Positions 26,648-37,785 of a stretch of 64,000 nucleotides of DNA are shown here, in pieces. The DNA comes from Toensbergia leucococca (lineage: Eukaryota): contig JALDZS010000017.1 of the NCBI GenBank assembly GCA_022813965.1, positions 124,001-188,000 of the forward strand. The letters are read 5' to 3'. The translations under genes were made by a program, and so were the position numbers. The notes beneath the pieces are model-generated. The model saw nothing but the letters and a program-made list of their open reading frames with translations, had not been told where the DNA came from and made no database searches. Numbering within the stretch: position 1 is the first letter of the stretch; each line of letters starts with the position of its first letter.

Positions 26648-28478
26648 ATGCTAGCTATGCTTCAATCTCGATGTCATTTAACCATTAACAGGGTGCTGTC
26701 TGTGCAGCCAGCTCGCACTATTGCATCTGTGTCCACAAAAGCCTTCACAAAGCCCTCTGGGGATATATCGTCTGTGTTTCCATCCCTCTCCGGAGCGACT
26801 GCTCCACCATTACCCCAGCGATTTGCAAATCTTAAAGCTCAATTGATACAAGGCCATGAGGAAGTCTTGATCGACAGTTGGCATCGTTTACTGTCCGACC
26901 TGCGTGAAGAAAGGGAGTACATTAAAAATTTAGGGTCGAAGGTTGTCCCTGAGATTGCATTCAAGGATCTGGACAATGTAGTGGAGAGAACCGTGTTTGG
27001 GAATGAGTTGCAAAAGCACGGGGTTGCCGTTGTCAGAGGAGTAGTGACGGAGCAAGAGGCATTAAATTGGAAGGAATTGGTAACGAGATATGTGCGGAGT
27101 AATCCTCAAACTAAAGGTAGGTGGGTATCGTTGGGGTAATCTTGACGTTGCGAAGCTTTACAGAACAATTCTTTTAGACAATTTGCAGAAACGACATCTT
27201 TCTGATCGAATTTCTAGGCTTTCCTACTGATAGGCCTGCTGTATACGAGTTATACTGGTCACCTTCGCAAATCCTTGCAAGGGCACACCCAAATGTCTTA
27301 AGAGCTCAAACTTTTCTCATGTCCCATTGGCACTCCTCTGATAAATCTGCCTTGATTTCTACCACTCATCCAGCCACCTATGCCGACCGCATCCGTATTC
27401 GGCAGCCTGGAGATGCTGGCTTTGCTCTAGGTCCACATGTTGACGGAGGCAGCTGCGAGCGATGGGAGGAAAACGGATATGGGAGGGGTGCTGTTTACAG
27501 TGATATCTTTCACGGGCAATGGGAGAAATATGATCCCTGGGAGAGCAGTTGCAGATTACCTGTGGTATCAGATCTCTACAATGGAGCGGGGGGATGCTCA
27601 AGTAAATCTTCAACACGATATAAAGGAATTAGTGAAGCTGACGATTCGTATATAGTGTTTCGCATGTTCCAGGGATGGCTTTCGATGAGTACGGCCGGTC
27701 CGGGAGAGGGTACCTTGATGGTGAATCCTTTGTTCCGAAAGGCGACTGCATATTATCTACTTCGGCCTTTCTTCTCGCCTAGAAGACGCTCTAGTGAAGG
27801 CAGTGGATCTAGCTATCTCGAGCTGAGTAATTGGAAGCTGGATGAGATGCAGATGCCTTTTCTTCCAGGTGCTGTGCCCTCCCATTGTCAGGAATTGAAC
27901 GCGGTGCTACATCCACATCTAGAGCTTGAGGGCACTATGGTACATGTTCCCACGGTGAGACCTGGAGATTACGTTGCCTGGCATTGTGACAGTAAGTTTC
28001 CTCAGGCCTCGACTTCATAAATGCCCGAAAGCGCTTCCAAGCTAAATTCTTTTAGCTATTCATGCAGTTGACAAGATCCACGCCGGCACGTCCGACTCAA
28101 GCGTGATGTACGTTCCTGCTTGTCCCTTGACAGAAGCAAATGCAGAGTACCTCGAACGGCAACGAGAGACATTCTTTGAAGGTAAGTGGCGGTAGCTTGT
28201 GTTCTTCAGCTGTCGATTTTGCAATTGACATTTCATCCATCTCTGTTACTCGGAATTTTGCTGATTGCAGCGCAGGGTCTCCTGGACCAGATTTCCCATC
28301 CGGCGAAGGGGAAAGCCAGCACCTTGGGCGTCTCATGCCAGACTACATAATACAGAATATAAACATTGAGGCCCAGCGGTCGTTGGGACTTGCTAGATTT
28401 GACGACGACGAAAAAGGGGTTTCAATTGGTGAACGCAAGATGCTGACACGAGCAAACGAGATACTGAGATTTGCCTAG
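26648..28478 (+). CDS. DUF1479 family protein (Gig2/YbiU-like, 2OG-oxygenase-like fold) with probable mitochondrial presequence, 5 exons
   Basis: GDISSVFPSLSG, VYELYWSPSQI.ARAHP, YADRIRIRQPGD..FALGPHVDGGSCERWE, FRMFQGWLSMS, PGDYVAWHCD|IHAVD, SVMYVPACP and PGPDFP..GESQH. Four GT-AG introns. Confidence 0.9.
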
Positions 28479-29029
28479 TTGGAAGACGCTGTATGCTATG
28501 TATGCTGTGTCGCTCGAATTTGGATATATTTCGGCGTCCCAAACAAATTGTTCGTACATTTGCAATTATAACGAGTAGCAGGGGAGGTAAGTTTAAATTT
28601 ATTCACGATAAAATCTCTGAATTGCGCAACATCCTTCTCTGGTACTTTGATAGAGGCGGAAATAAGAATTGGAGATAATCATCAAACACTTCTATAATAC
28701 AACCGGACATCGGAAAGGAATCTTCTCAGTATAGTTCTGTACTAGAATTACAGTTTCTCTTACAGGTATGAAAGTTACATTCCGGCTTGTCATTCATTCA
28801 TAGGTAGCATCCTGATCTAATCCACTCCCAAGATCATGATCATGATCATGATTCATCAAAAAGGCTCATGAGTTTTTCAAATGGTTTCAATTTCTTCAAA
28901 TCATCTTTGACTCACCTGGGCTACCAGCATTGAAATCGACTCAGCCTAGAGGGGGGGGCCGAATTAGGTCTTACAGGATGCACCGCTCTGACCTTTGTCT
29001 CACCAAGTGGTCTACAGCCAGGTGATAGC

Positions 29030-29331
29030 GTTCCGATCAATGGGGGGAGTGGTGGGACAGGGGATCATGATGGTCCAGGCAGCAAAACAGATTGTTGGGG
29101 GTAACAGTAACGTGCTCCGAGTTGAATTCACAATTGGTACGAAGAATAGGCGCGGACGAGGTGATAGACTATCATGCTCATGATCTGATACATAAGTTTC
29201 TTGTCATTTTAACCTCATCTTGCTCATTTCACACCATAATTGACAATGTGGCATCTTGGGATCTGTATAGGCATTCAGTGAGTTATCTTGCAGAGGGCAA
29301 GTCATATATGAATGCTGAATTCATAAAATAA
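29030..29331 (+). pseudogene. Fragment of a zinc-binding (MDR) dehydrogenase / quinone reductase (YIM1/RTN4IP1-like), truncated next to the transposon
   Basis: GGVVGQGIMMVQAAKQI, then after a frameshift VTVTCSELNSQLVRRIGADEVIDY...IIDNV...LYRHSVSYLAEGKSYMN. This matches the MDR C-terminal half. Confidence 0.7.
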
Positions 29332-29334
29332 GTA

Positions 29335-30365
29335 CCGTATAATCTGTCATATAAGATATGGTCGGTTTACAAGATATACTGCGCTATAAGATATGGTTCC
29401 AAATCGATTCTAACAGACCGAGGGACTTTTGGTCTATAAGATAATATCTAGTAAGATATTATCTACATGTGGGGGGGGTCTCAGGTATGTATTCCACCTC
29501 CTTATCATCATTCTCATCATCATTCTCATCATCATCCTCACTGTCATCCTCATTGTCATCCTCATTGTCATCCTCATTGTCATCCTCATCGTCATCCTCA
29601 TCATCAGTGTCAAATACCTGAACCTCCTCCTTCTCCTCCTCCCCCTCCTTCTTTCTCTCCTCCCCCTCCTCCTTATTTTCATTCACTGAGTCAAGATTGA
29701 TTGTTTCTTCAGATCTTCTAGTTCAGTCCCTCACCTGAATATCTGATATATTCTTGATTCATAACTCCTTATCCTCACTCCCATTCACAGCTAGGGAAAG
29801 TCCTTCTTGTCTAAAGGTTTTGCGTATCAAGTCTGCTTTATCTCTATGCAGTTCCATTCAAGCCTTACTCACTCATTCTGTTAACATCACACATCTTTCA
29901 CCTACACTGTACTTTCTCATGATATTTATCATAATGCTCATCAATTAGTTCAGTGATTTATTTCTTCAAAGATTTGTTGATCATCACATCTAAGATGAGA
30001 ATGAGAAGATCTAACACTTCTATTCTTAATGTTGATAAGAAGGGGTTCAGAAAAATGATAATGAGGATCCTTAGTAGGGGAATGAAGATCTGTTGATTTG
30101 ACCTGTCCCTTTGAGGGAGTAAAGGGGGGGTCATGACTAGATAGGTGTGTAAAGATAAGGCGGGGATGTATTAGGGAGGTTGATAGTGAGTATGGTGAAT
30201 TTCTCAAGTGAATGTATTGATTCTCAGCTCAGACCTCACCTGAGAACCGTGTATAAGACATGATTTTGTTTAAAGGATATTACAGAAGTATAAGATATGG
30301 TTTCAATTGACCTTCAGATGATAAACGGACTAAAGGACTGGTATATTATATGACAGATTATACGG
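29335..30365 (-). mobile_element. Non-autonomous pogo/Fot1-type (Tc1/mariner superfamily) DNA transposon, 1031 bp deletion derivative
   Basis: Perfect 20-bp TIRs CCGTATAATCTGTCATATAA (29335-29354 and 30346-30365), flanked by TA on both sides. The minus strand retains a degenerate transposase C-terminus (KYSVGERCVMLTE*VSKA*MELH..LIRKTFRQEGLSLAVNGSED) and an acidic tail. Confidence 0.9.
29500..29605. repeat. 12-bp tandem repeat (TCCTCATTGTCA-like) inside the transposon, encoding its acidic D/E/N tail
   Basis: Direct tandem copies are visible; they translate as (EDDN)n on the minus strand. Confidence 0.85.
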
Positions 30366-30996
30366 TAGATGTAAATCAACATATTGATCAAGAGAATGAG
30401 TTAGTTTAAAGAGACAAATTGATTGAGAAAATGAGTAGATAAAGAGGTGATATATTCACTACTTTCTCTATGATCTTTTATATGAGATATGATTTACTTA
30501 TAAGATAGGGTTTTAATTGATTAAAAAAATGTCCCTCCCTCTCAAGGCAGTCAGTCTTAAGGTAGATAATACAGTATCTAAATATCTGTATGTGAGTGAG
30601 ATTTAAGTAACATAAAAAAGAGCTGTCACAGAAAGTGTAAAAATTGTGATGCTTCTTCTTTGTTAGATGCTGAAAATGCAAAAGGGTTTTCATGAGAAGT
30701 CAGTCATCTCTTTGATTGAAGGGTCATATGTTGAATATTCTATGTTGACAATGCTTGTGATAGCGCGACGATCGGTAGATAGACACACAATGAGCACAGA
30801 CCTTAAGAATAGAATAGGCAGGTATTCTAAATGCTTCACCCTGGAATTTCCCGGGCTATCCAAGTCTAAGATATGTCATCGAGCCGGGAGGATTGTTAAC
30901 AGAGGCCGTTCGTTCTTTTTGACCCTCTTTGTCACAGCCGCATTCCCCGCCTCCATCTCCATCCCCATTTCTCATTCCTCACAAATTACGAAAAAA

Positions 30997-32083
30997 TTAT
31001 CTAATTACCCCGGACAAAAACACTGATAAGAAAACGTCCGAATGCAGGGTCGCAAGCTCGCCTAGTTACGGCTCGCTACGTGGCTCCCTGCAACACTGAG
31101 GTTTATGGTCAATCTAATTGGTCAGTGACATGGTCATAGATAAGGTGGCCGCACCTCAGCTTCTAGCTCATATTGATTGGTAATTGGCTGCTTTTGGCGC
31201 CGTTGGCTCCATTTCTTTCTCATTCCGGCTATGACGGGAGACGACTGATATTGTAAATCGCTTACTTATGCTTCATTTCTTGCGTGCAAGCACTAATGTC
31301 TCTACCCGGCGAGGCTGCTATTAGCTGTACCGTAAGCCCCTTGTTTCCTACCGTGTCAAAGAGGAAAGTGTAAAAAGCTCCTTGTCCGACCATGGTATTG
31401 TTCGGCTCCTCTTTGGCCATCCCAACGAATCCCGACACTGTCCCGGAACATGGGTATTTCGCCGCAACATTACAAAGCCTTACTATCCTCGTTGATAGCC
31501 TAATCCAACAGGCTCACCGATGCACATTTTTCGACCTGAGGCTAGTTCTAAGCTCTTTAAGCGAGGACCCGAGAATCCTTCGTAGCCACGAGGTTGATCA
31601 AGCAGCCAAGCAAAGAAACAAGCAAGGTTCTCATGCAATAAGACCATGGGCCCAATCAGAAGCCTTAGCGAGCTCCATTCAATGCAGATATCTATCCGAG
31701 TCATGACAATTGACAACACCGTTATTGGTGTCAACCATCAACAGTGTGGTGTGCCGCTGAGACGTTTTATGGCTGCCGATGGGAACCATGACAGCTCCAA
31801 GTCTGGGTCAGGTACGTACCCTTTTCGTGTGGTCCCAGTAACCCTTGTAATATGTACGACTTGTCAGCCAATAACAACTGAACATCAGCTTGAATACACC
31901 AATCAAAGCACCATTGACGAACTCAGTTCTGTGCCGCAGCTGCTCGTACACACCTCCATCATGCTAGCGTGGGTCCTTGCTCAGGTCAAACCGGGCAGGG
32001 AAAAGAAAAAGCCCAAGGCTTGCGATTCCAAGTGTCCAGCCGCCATCCCATTGGTTTCCTCACGCATTCCGCTGTCAAGATAA
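30997..32083. promoter_or_regulatory. Cluster of HGATAA sites upstream of the ammonium transporter (candidate AreA/NIT2 nitrogen-regulation sites)
   Basis: TTATCT 30997-31002, TGATAA 31024-31029, AGATAA 31138-31143 and AGATAA 32078-32083. Several ATTGG (CCAAT) boxes at 31117-31190. Function is inferred from the downstream gene. Confidence 0.4.
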
Positions 32084-32214
32084 GCAGGCTCTGAACCACC
32101 GGCTTTCGTTATTTAGTGTCACGTCGCTGCACGTCTTTACCTTTCGTTTTTTGTTCGACTCGACCCTTTGCGAGAGGCCTGCGTCCTTTACACTGATACT
32201 AGGACGCTTTTTCA

Positions 32215-33657
32215 ATGGCGACGACTCCTTCTTGGTTAGACACTGGCGACAATGCGTGGCAGCTTACGGCAGCCACCTTTGTTGCTCTGCAAAGTGTCCC
32301 CGGTCTTATCGTTCTCTATGCCGGCATTATGAAAAAGAAGTGGGCTATCAACTCAGCCTTCATGGCGTTTTATGCTTTTGCTTGCGTTCTGATCTGCTGG
32401 GTCATCTGGGCATACAAAATGGCATTCGGAGAGCAATGGGCTCCCTTTGTCGGCGTTCCAGGTCCTGTCCTGACCGTTGATCAAGAAATTCAACAAGCTC
32501 TATTACCAACCTCAGGCGTTACGGCAAATTATCCCATGGCCACAATGATATACTTTCAATTCGTCTTTGCCGCCATCACTTTGGTCATCATGGCTGGTGC
32601 CTTTCTGGGTCGTATGAATTTCGTGGCCTGGATGGCTTTTGTGCCATTATGGTTGACATTTTCCTATGTCGTTGGTGCATTCAGTCTTTGGGGAGGTGGC
32701 TTCCTGGCCAAAATGGGCGTTATAGATTACTCGGGTGGCTACGTGATTCATCTCTCTTCGGGTACTGCCGGTTTCACAGGCGCATTCTGGATTGGTCCGC
32801 GTCTAACAAAGGATCGCGAAGACTCTCGACCGAACAACGTTGGGCTCCTGATGGTCGGTGCCGGCATACTTTGGGTAGGCTGGAACGGCTTCAACGGTGG
32901 TGATCCATACGCGGCTAGCCCCGACGCCGGTGTAGCGGTATTGAACACTAACATCTGTACCGCCATGAGCCTCTTGACCTGGACGGTATTAGATATCATC
33001 TACTACAAGAAACCCGCCGTCATCGGTGCAGTTCAAGGGATGATCACTGGCCTCGTGGCAATCACCCCAGCAGCTGGTGTCATCGATGGCTGGGCCGCAA
33101 TAGTCATGGGAGTGCTCTCTGGCAGTATCCCATGGGCATCCATGAACATCGCTGGCAAAAAAATCTCGCTCTTTCACCACGTGGACGACTGTCTAGGCGT
33201 CTTCCATACCCACGCTGTCGCAGGCGTAATCGGCGGGTTCTTCGTTGGCATCTTCGCCACCGTGGACGGCTGCGCCGCTTTTGGCTATACCAATCCTGGC
33301 GGGGCTATTGCAGGCAACGGCCGCCAGGTATGGCTTCAGATTGTGGGCGCCATCTTCATCATTGCACTCAATGTCTTCATGACTTCTGTAGTAATGTTGT
33401 TCATCAAATACGTCTGCCGCATTCCACTGCGTATGTCCGACGAGCATTTACTCATTGGCGATGATGCTGCGCATGGGGAGGAGGCTTATGCTTTCTCTGA
33501 AGATGGACAACGCTCGCTGTTGAATGGCGATTATGGGCGTCATCCTATCAATGGGGATGGCGAAATGGGTGTTATCACTGGTCAGAGTCTGGCGCCTGGA
33601 AACCCCAAGGACGGGGAGGGGGATGAGAGTGTCCAACAGAAGAGCGAGGCGTCATAG
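32215..33657 (+). CDS. Ammonium transporter (Amt/Mep), plant-AMT2-like MEP-alpha type, intronless
   Basis: 480-aa hydrophobic [77 protein letters not shown] and [14 protein letters not shown]; both pore histidines are present. Confidence 0.97.
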   Translation: MATTPSWLDTGDNAWQLTAATFVALQSVPGLIVLYAGIMKKKWAINSAFMAFYAFACVLICWVIWAYKMAFGEQWAPFVGVPGPVLTVDQEIQQALLPTSGVTANYPMATMIYFQFVFAAITLVIMAGAFLGRMNFVAWMAFVPLWLTFSYVVGAFSLWGGGFLAKMGVIDYSGGYVIHLSSGTAGFTGAFWIGPRLTKDREDSRPNNVGLLMVGAGILWVGWNGFNGGDPYAASPDAGVAVLNTNICTAMSLLTWTVLDIIYYKKPAVIGAVQGMITGLVAITPAAGVIDGWAAIVMGVLSGSIPWASMNIAGKKISLFHHVDDCLGVFHTHAVAGVIGGFFVGIFATVDGCAAFGYTNPGGAIAGNGRQVWLQIVGAIFIIALNVFMTSVVMLFIKYVCRIPLRMSDEHLLIGDDAAHGEEAYAFSEDGQRSLLNGDYGRHPINGDGEMGVITGQSLAPGNPKDGEGDESVQQKSEAS

Positions 33658-35838
33658 ACCCTTTTTTGTTGGGCTTAATCGCGGTTCTTTGAACAGAGGC
33701 CCGAATGTATGTGGATTTATCGAGGGCTTGCTGTGGGATGGAGTTGAGATACCCTCTAGTTCAAGCACCCCTGATTTTGTAGATTATTGCATAATACCAT
33801 TAAGTCGTCTTCGGGTGTTCTTTCCGAAATGGCTATTTCAAAAAGGTCGCTGGTATGAAGCCGATTTGAACCCAACTTTCCAGCAAAGTATATGTACTGT
33901 GCCGTAGGTGAGTGAGATAGTCGATAAGAGCACATCCATGATATTGCCTCGTATACAGATAGGAAATATGTTATTGCAGAGACATCGCGGTCAATTTTTC
34001 CAGTACGGATTGATCTGATTAACTGGCCAGAGGTTATACATAACATTAGCCGTCCAAGCCGGTATCAGGTCATCGATAAGGTAGAGCAACGTCAGTGGAT
34101 TTGGTCGCGGGTCAATGAAGCGACGACCAATTCTTCCTCATAACCGACATTGAAGCTGATGATGGTAGATCCCTTGCCCTTAAGCGGAATGAGAAAATCA
34201 TAACGAACAGCTAGTCACAGTACAACTCATATTTCGATGGTAGCGAGCTCCAAGGTGGTGATCGAAAGATATCGTGTGGCTTTTGCAGTGCTTTGAATGA
34301 AAATCCAGGATATCTGCAGACATGCGATGCCCTTGGTGGGGCCGCACGCCTTGCTCTGATTCAAGATCTCGTGTCTGGTGACTTGGGTGCTGGCATGTAC
34401 TCGTACGAGTAGTACCGTCCAACAAAGTGTTTGGCATATTCCGATTTCACAGGGAACGGCTTTTTGTCTTTCATTTGAAGCAGGAAGCCTCCCATGTTAG
34501 CATAGATTTAATCGGTCATTTTCGGCTCTGTGTATTCCAGGTCTTGTGTTTCTTTGGTAGACGGAAGAGTAACAACCCTCTGGCCACTTATGCCGGTTTC
34601 GACCATCTCAGTAGACACTGCTTCCATCCGATTAAGCTTTCTCTGGACAATGACCAGTAACCGCCAGCAGACTCTGGCACGTTGAGACGAAGGACTATCC
34701 AATGAAAAGGAAGACAATTCTAAAGAATGCCATTGGGTTGGGAAGTCCATCCGGCTCGCGCGACTGGAGGAGTATGTGTCACGCAGGGGTAACAGTGAGC
34801 AAAAGAAAGACATACTATGTCATGATGTTGTGAGAGTCATGGAGCATTGTAGGTCAACTGAAACAAAACTAAAGCGTCAATTCTCAGAGAGACCCGAGAA
34901 TACACATGGAGAGTTGGGGATCCTGCATTATCATAAGAAGTCTGCAAGGCGAAAGATAAGAGATGAGCTAAGAGACTTGGACATGTCCCAGTGATTAGAC
35001 GCCGCGGACTTCGAAAGAGGCTGGTGATTACGAGGTCTAGATAAAGCATAAAACATAATTCTTGGAAAATTGACTGGGGTAAATGAGACGAAGATTCCTA
35101 GACTGAAAAGTGGCGCAAAGTATGGACTGCTCGGGCTGCAACAGCCAACAAAGTGTATCAAATAGGAGGTATTGCAACAGTACAGCTGCGGAAAGGTGAC
35201 TCGCGAATACTCATCTCAGTCCGTGATTGGGGTGGCACACAATAAATCCTTGACCTATGTCTCAAAGGTTGCGGTCATGAAGATATCACATCGCTCTTCA
35301 AATGGGCGTCTTAGGGTTACGCCTTGGTTCTCACTTCCGAGAAAGAAGGGCTGCTCTGTTCAAGACGCCATGTAAAACGGCTGCACAAGTTGCTAGAGTA
35401 TCAGTAAGGTAGGCAAATTGGAAGGTCAGTGCCAAGAAGAGTCTCCTCTAGGATGGATAGATATGAGAGAGATTTGGTCGAATAGGAAGATAGAAAAAAG
35501 AGAAGTAGATGTACGAGTAGACTAACTGGTCGTACACAGACTTATGCGTACACCCACAAGACTTGGCTGACGTTGGCTCTAAACATGCGTTGCTTGATGG
35601 ATGTGGCACTGAAAGTGGAATAAAATAAAATAAAATTGGTGCCCCTCCAGCTCTCATAGAATATTCTACCTTACCTAGAGTGCTAGTAATCGAATGAATC
35701 CACCAATCACGAATTAGTGGGTCCGAGGTACTCGCCCTCTCGACTACCTTATCCTTACTCCGTAAATTCGAGGATTGCAACGAGTTCACTGTCTCTCTGT
35801 TCATCCACTTGATGAATTGACGTTAGTAGTACTGACTG

Positions 35839-36702
35839 ATGCCTCCACTAGATCAGCCAAAGTTTGAGCCACGCGTTATCTGCTACTATCAGACCCACCA
35901 TCGTCACAACGGAGACTACGTGTCACTCCTCCCTCTCATCACCGAAGCTACCGACTACATTGGTCTTACCCACCTGATTCTTGCTGCCTTCCATCTCAAC
36001 CACAATCCGGCTGATATTACTCTCAACGACGACCCTCCTGACGCTCCCAAGAACATCTCACTATGGGACGAGGTACCCATTCTCCAAGACATTGGTATCA
36101 AGGTTCTTGCTATGTTGGGTGGAGCTGCCAAGGGTTCTTTCACTCGCCTCGATAGGAGTGATGCAGACTTTGAAGCTTATTATACGCCCTTTCGGGATAT
36201 TCTCCTCAGGTATAATCTGGATGGTGTTGACCTGGACGTTGAAGAGGAAATGTCTTTGGCCGGCATTGTTAGACTTATTGACCGCCTGAAAGCAGACTTC
36301 GGAGCCTCATTTTTGATAACACTTGCCCCCGTCGCCACTGCTTTACAGGGCGCTCGTCATCTTTCTGGCTTCGATTATGAAGCTTTAGAAGTGATGCGTG
36401 GACCGAAGATTGCATTCTATAACACCCAATTTTATAATTCTTGGGGCTCGCTACTTGATACTAGAGGATATGACAATATGATAGCCCGGGGCTGGCCCGC
36501 TGAAAAAGTGGTTGTGGGCGTATTGACACATCCTGGAAATGGACACGGCTTTTTACCTATGGAAGACTTGCAAAGAACTTTAGGCTTCCTGGTGAGACTG
36601 TATCCCCGCCTTGGTGGAGTGATGGGCTGGGAGTATGGGGGACCCGAACTGGAAAGACCATGGGAGTGGGCTGAATCTATTATGAGGGTTATGAGAACTT
36701 AG
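35839..36702 (+). CDS. GH18 glycoside hydrolase, probably a cytosolic endo-beta-N-acetylglucosaminidase (ENGase, fungal GH18 subgroup B-V)
   Basis: RVICYYQTHH, THLILAAFH, ITLNDDPP, MLGGAAKGSF, catalytic DGVDLDVEE, YNTQFYNSWG and GGVMGWEY. No signal peptide; single exon. Confidence 0.88.
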   Translation: MPPLDQPKFEPRVICYYQTHHRHNGDYVSLLPLITEATDYIGLTHLILAAFHLNHNPADITLNDDPPDAPKNISLWDEVPILQDIGIKVLAMLGGAAKGSFTRLDRSDADFEAYYTPFRDILLRYNLDGVDLDVEEEMSLAGIVRLIDRLKADFGASFLITLAPVATALQGARHLSGFDYEALEVMRGPKIAFYNTQFYNSWGSLLDTRGYDNMIARGWPAEKVVVGVLTHPGNGHGFLPMEDLQRTLGFLVRLYPRLGGVMGWEYGGPELERPWEWAESIMRVMRT

Positions 36703-37237
36703 TCGCATTGAGCGACGGCTAGACTACCGCGGGAGTAAAACCGCGAGCTGATGCAGCCTCTGATCGGTCTACAAGGTCAGCGTCTCATGAATGTCATGCA
36801 ATCAAGGCCCTTTTTTAAGTCTCCACCATACATCTTAACTTCAAGGAAGTATTCAAGTGGTTTTCTACCAATATCTTTCTTATCTCCGGTTTGAAAGAAG
36901 CTCAACGGTGGCAACGAAGGACACACGTGAAAATCGAAAAAAACATCTTCAAAGATGATGGGGAAAATGGGAAAGTACGATGCACGAATGCTTTTCGAGC
37001 TCAAGGCTGCAAAAGTAAGATACTTGTCCGAAGCCGGCATGTTATCACGATAATATTGATCTAAGTTCTTTCGCCCTAATCTTTGATTCCACTATCCATT
37101 CAGCATCTTGCTCCATTGGCAGAGAAGTCTCTTGCTTTCTCGCGTATTGCATTCATGCCGCTCTCAATGCTTCACTCCGAATGTGACTTTTCTCGCGTCC
37201 TCGGACGCAATTTCTAGCTGCCATGTAGATCATTGAA

Positions 37238-37310
37238 CATGCAAGGAGTACTTATGTTGATAAGGATGGTGTTTCTGGGTGCTCCTTGCATGCTCCTTGC
37301 ATGCTCCTTG
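37238..37310. repeat. About three tandem copies of TGCTCCTTGCA plus one inverted copy upstream
   Basis: 37280-37310 reads tgctccttgca tgctccttgca tgctccttg. 37238-37250 (catgcaaggagta) is the near-perfect reverse complement. Confidence 0.8.
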
Positions 37311-37785
37311 TTGTGCTAACTAAGTATGGACTATTAATGACGCTGATAGGAACGGCAGGCCTTTTTTTGTTTTCATTTGCACGTGGCATGTTGGCTTTTG
37401 AGGCTCATAATTGAGAAAGGTCAGTGATGCATAACTGATGGCTTAGACCGAAGGCATTTCCCCGCGTTCAAGTATACACAGTAAAGCGTCAAAGGAAGAT
37501 GATAGAGAGGAACCCGATGACAAGATAGAAGAGAAAGACTTCTTTCTAGGAGATTCTCATAAGCATACCCTATTCTGAAAAATAGCATATCTCGCTCTTC
37601 TTTTCCTATATCTACTGGAAAGTTATATCAACGCAAAGAACTCCACTGTTTCGGAGTCTCCGCCTACGAATCAACGAGGCAGGGCTTCCGCCCCAAAAAT
37701 CCGTAAAAATTGCAACCTAGTAGCGCATCTCCTTGCCCGGACGGTAATTGAGGGACTCAACCCAAGTCAATTACCACTCAGTACC

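Noticed and set aside
29429..29700. His/Pro-rich, Ile/Leu-rich and Arg/Met-rich ORFs
   Set aside because: Alternative-frame translations of the 12-bp repeat in the transposon's acidic tail.
31392..32083. ORFs upstream of the ammonium transporter
   Set aside because: No recognisable domain; overlapping short frames, more likely promoter/5' UTR.
34200..35400. Short charged ORFs downstream of the transporter
   Set aside because: Stop-interrupted and unassignable.
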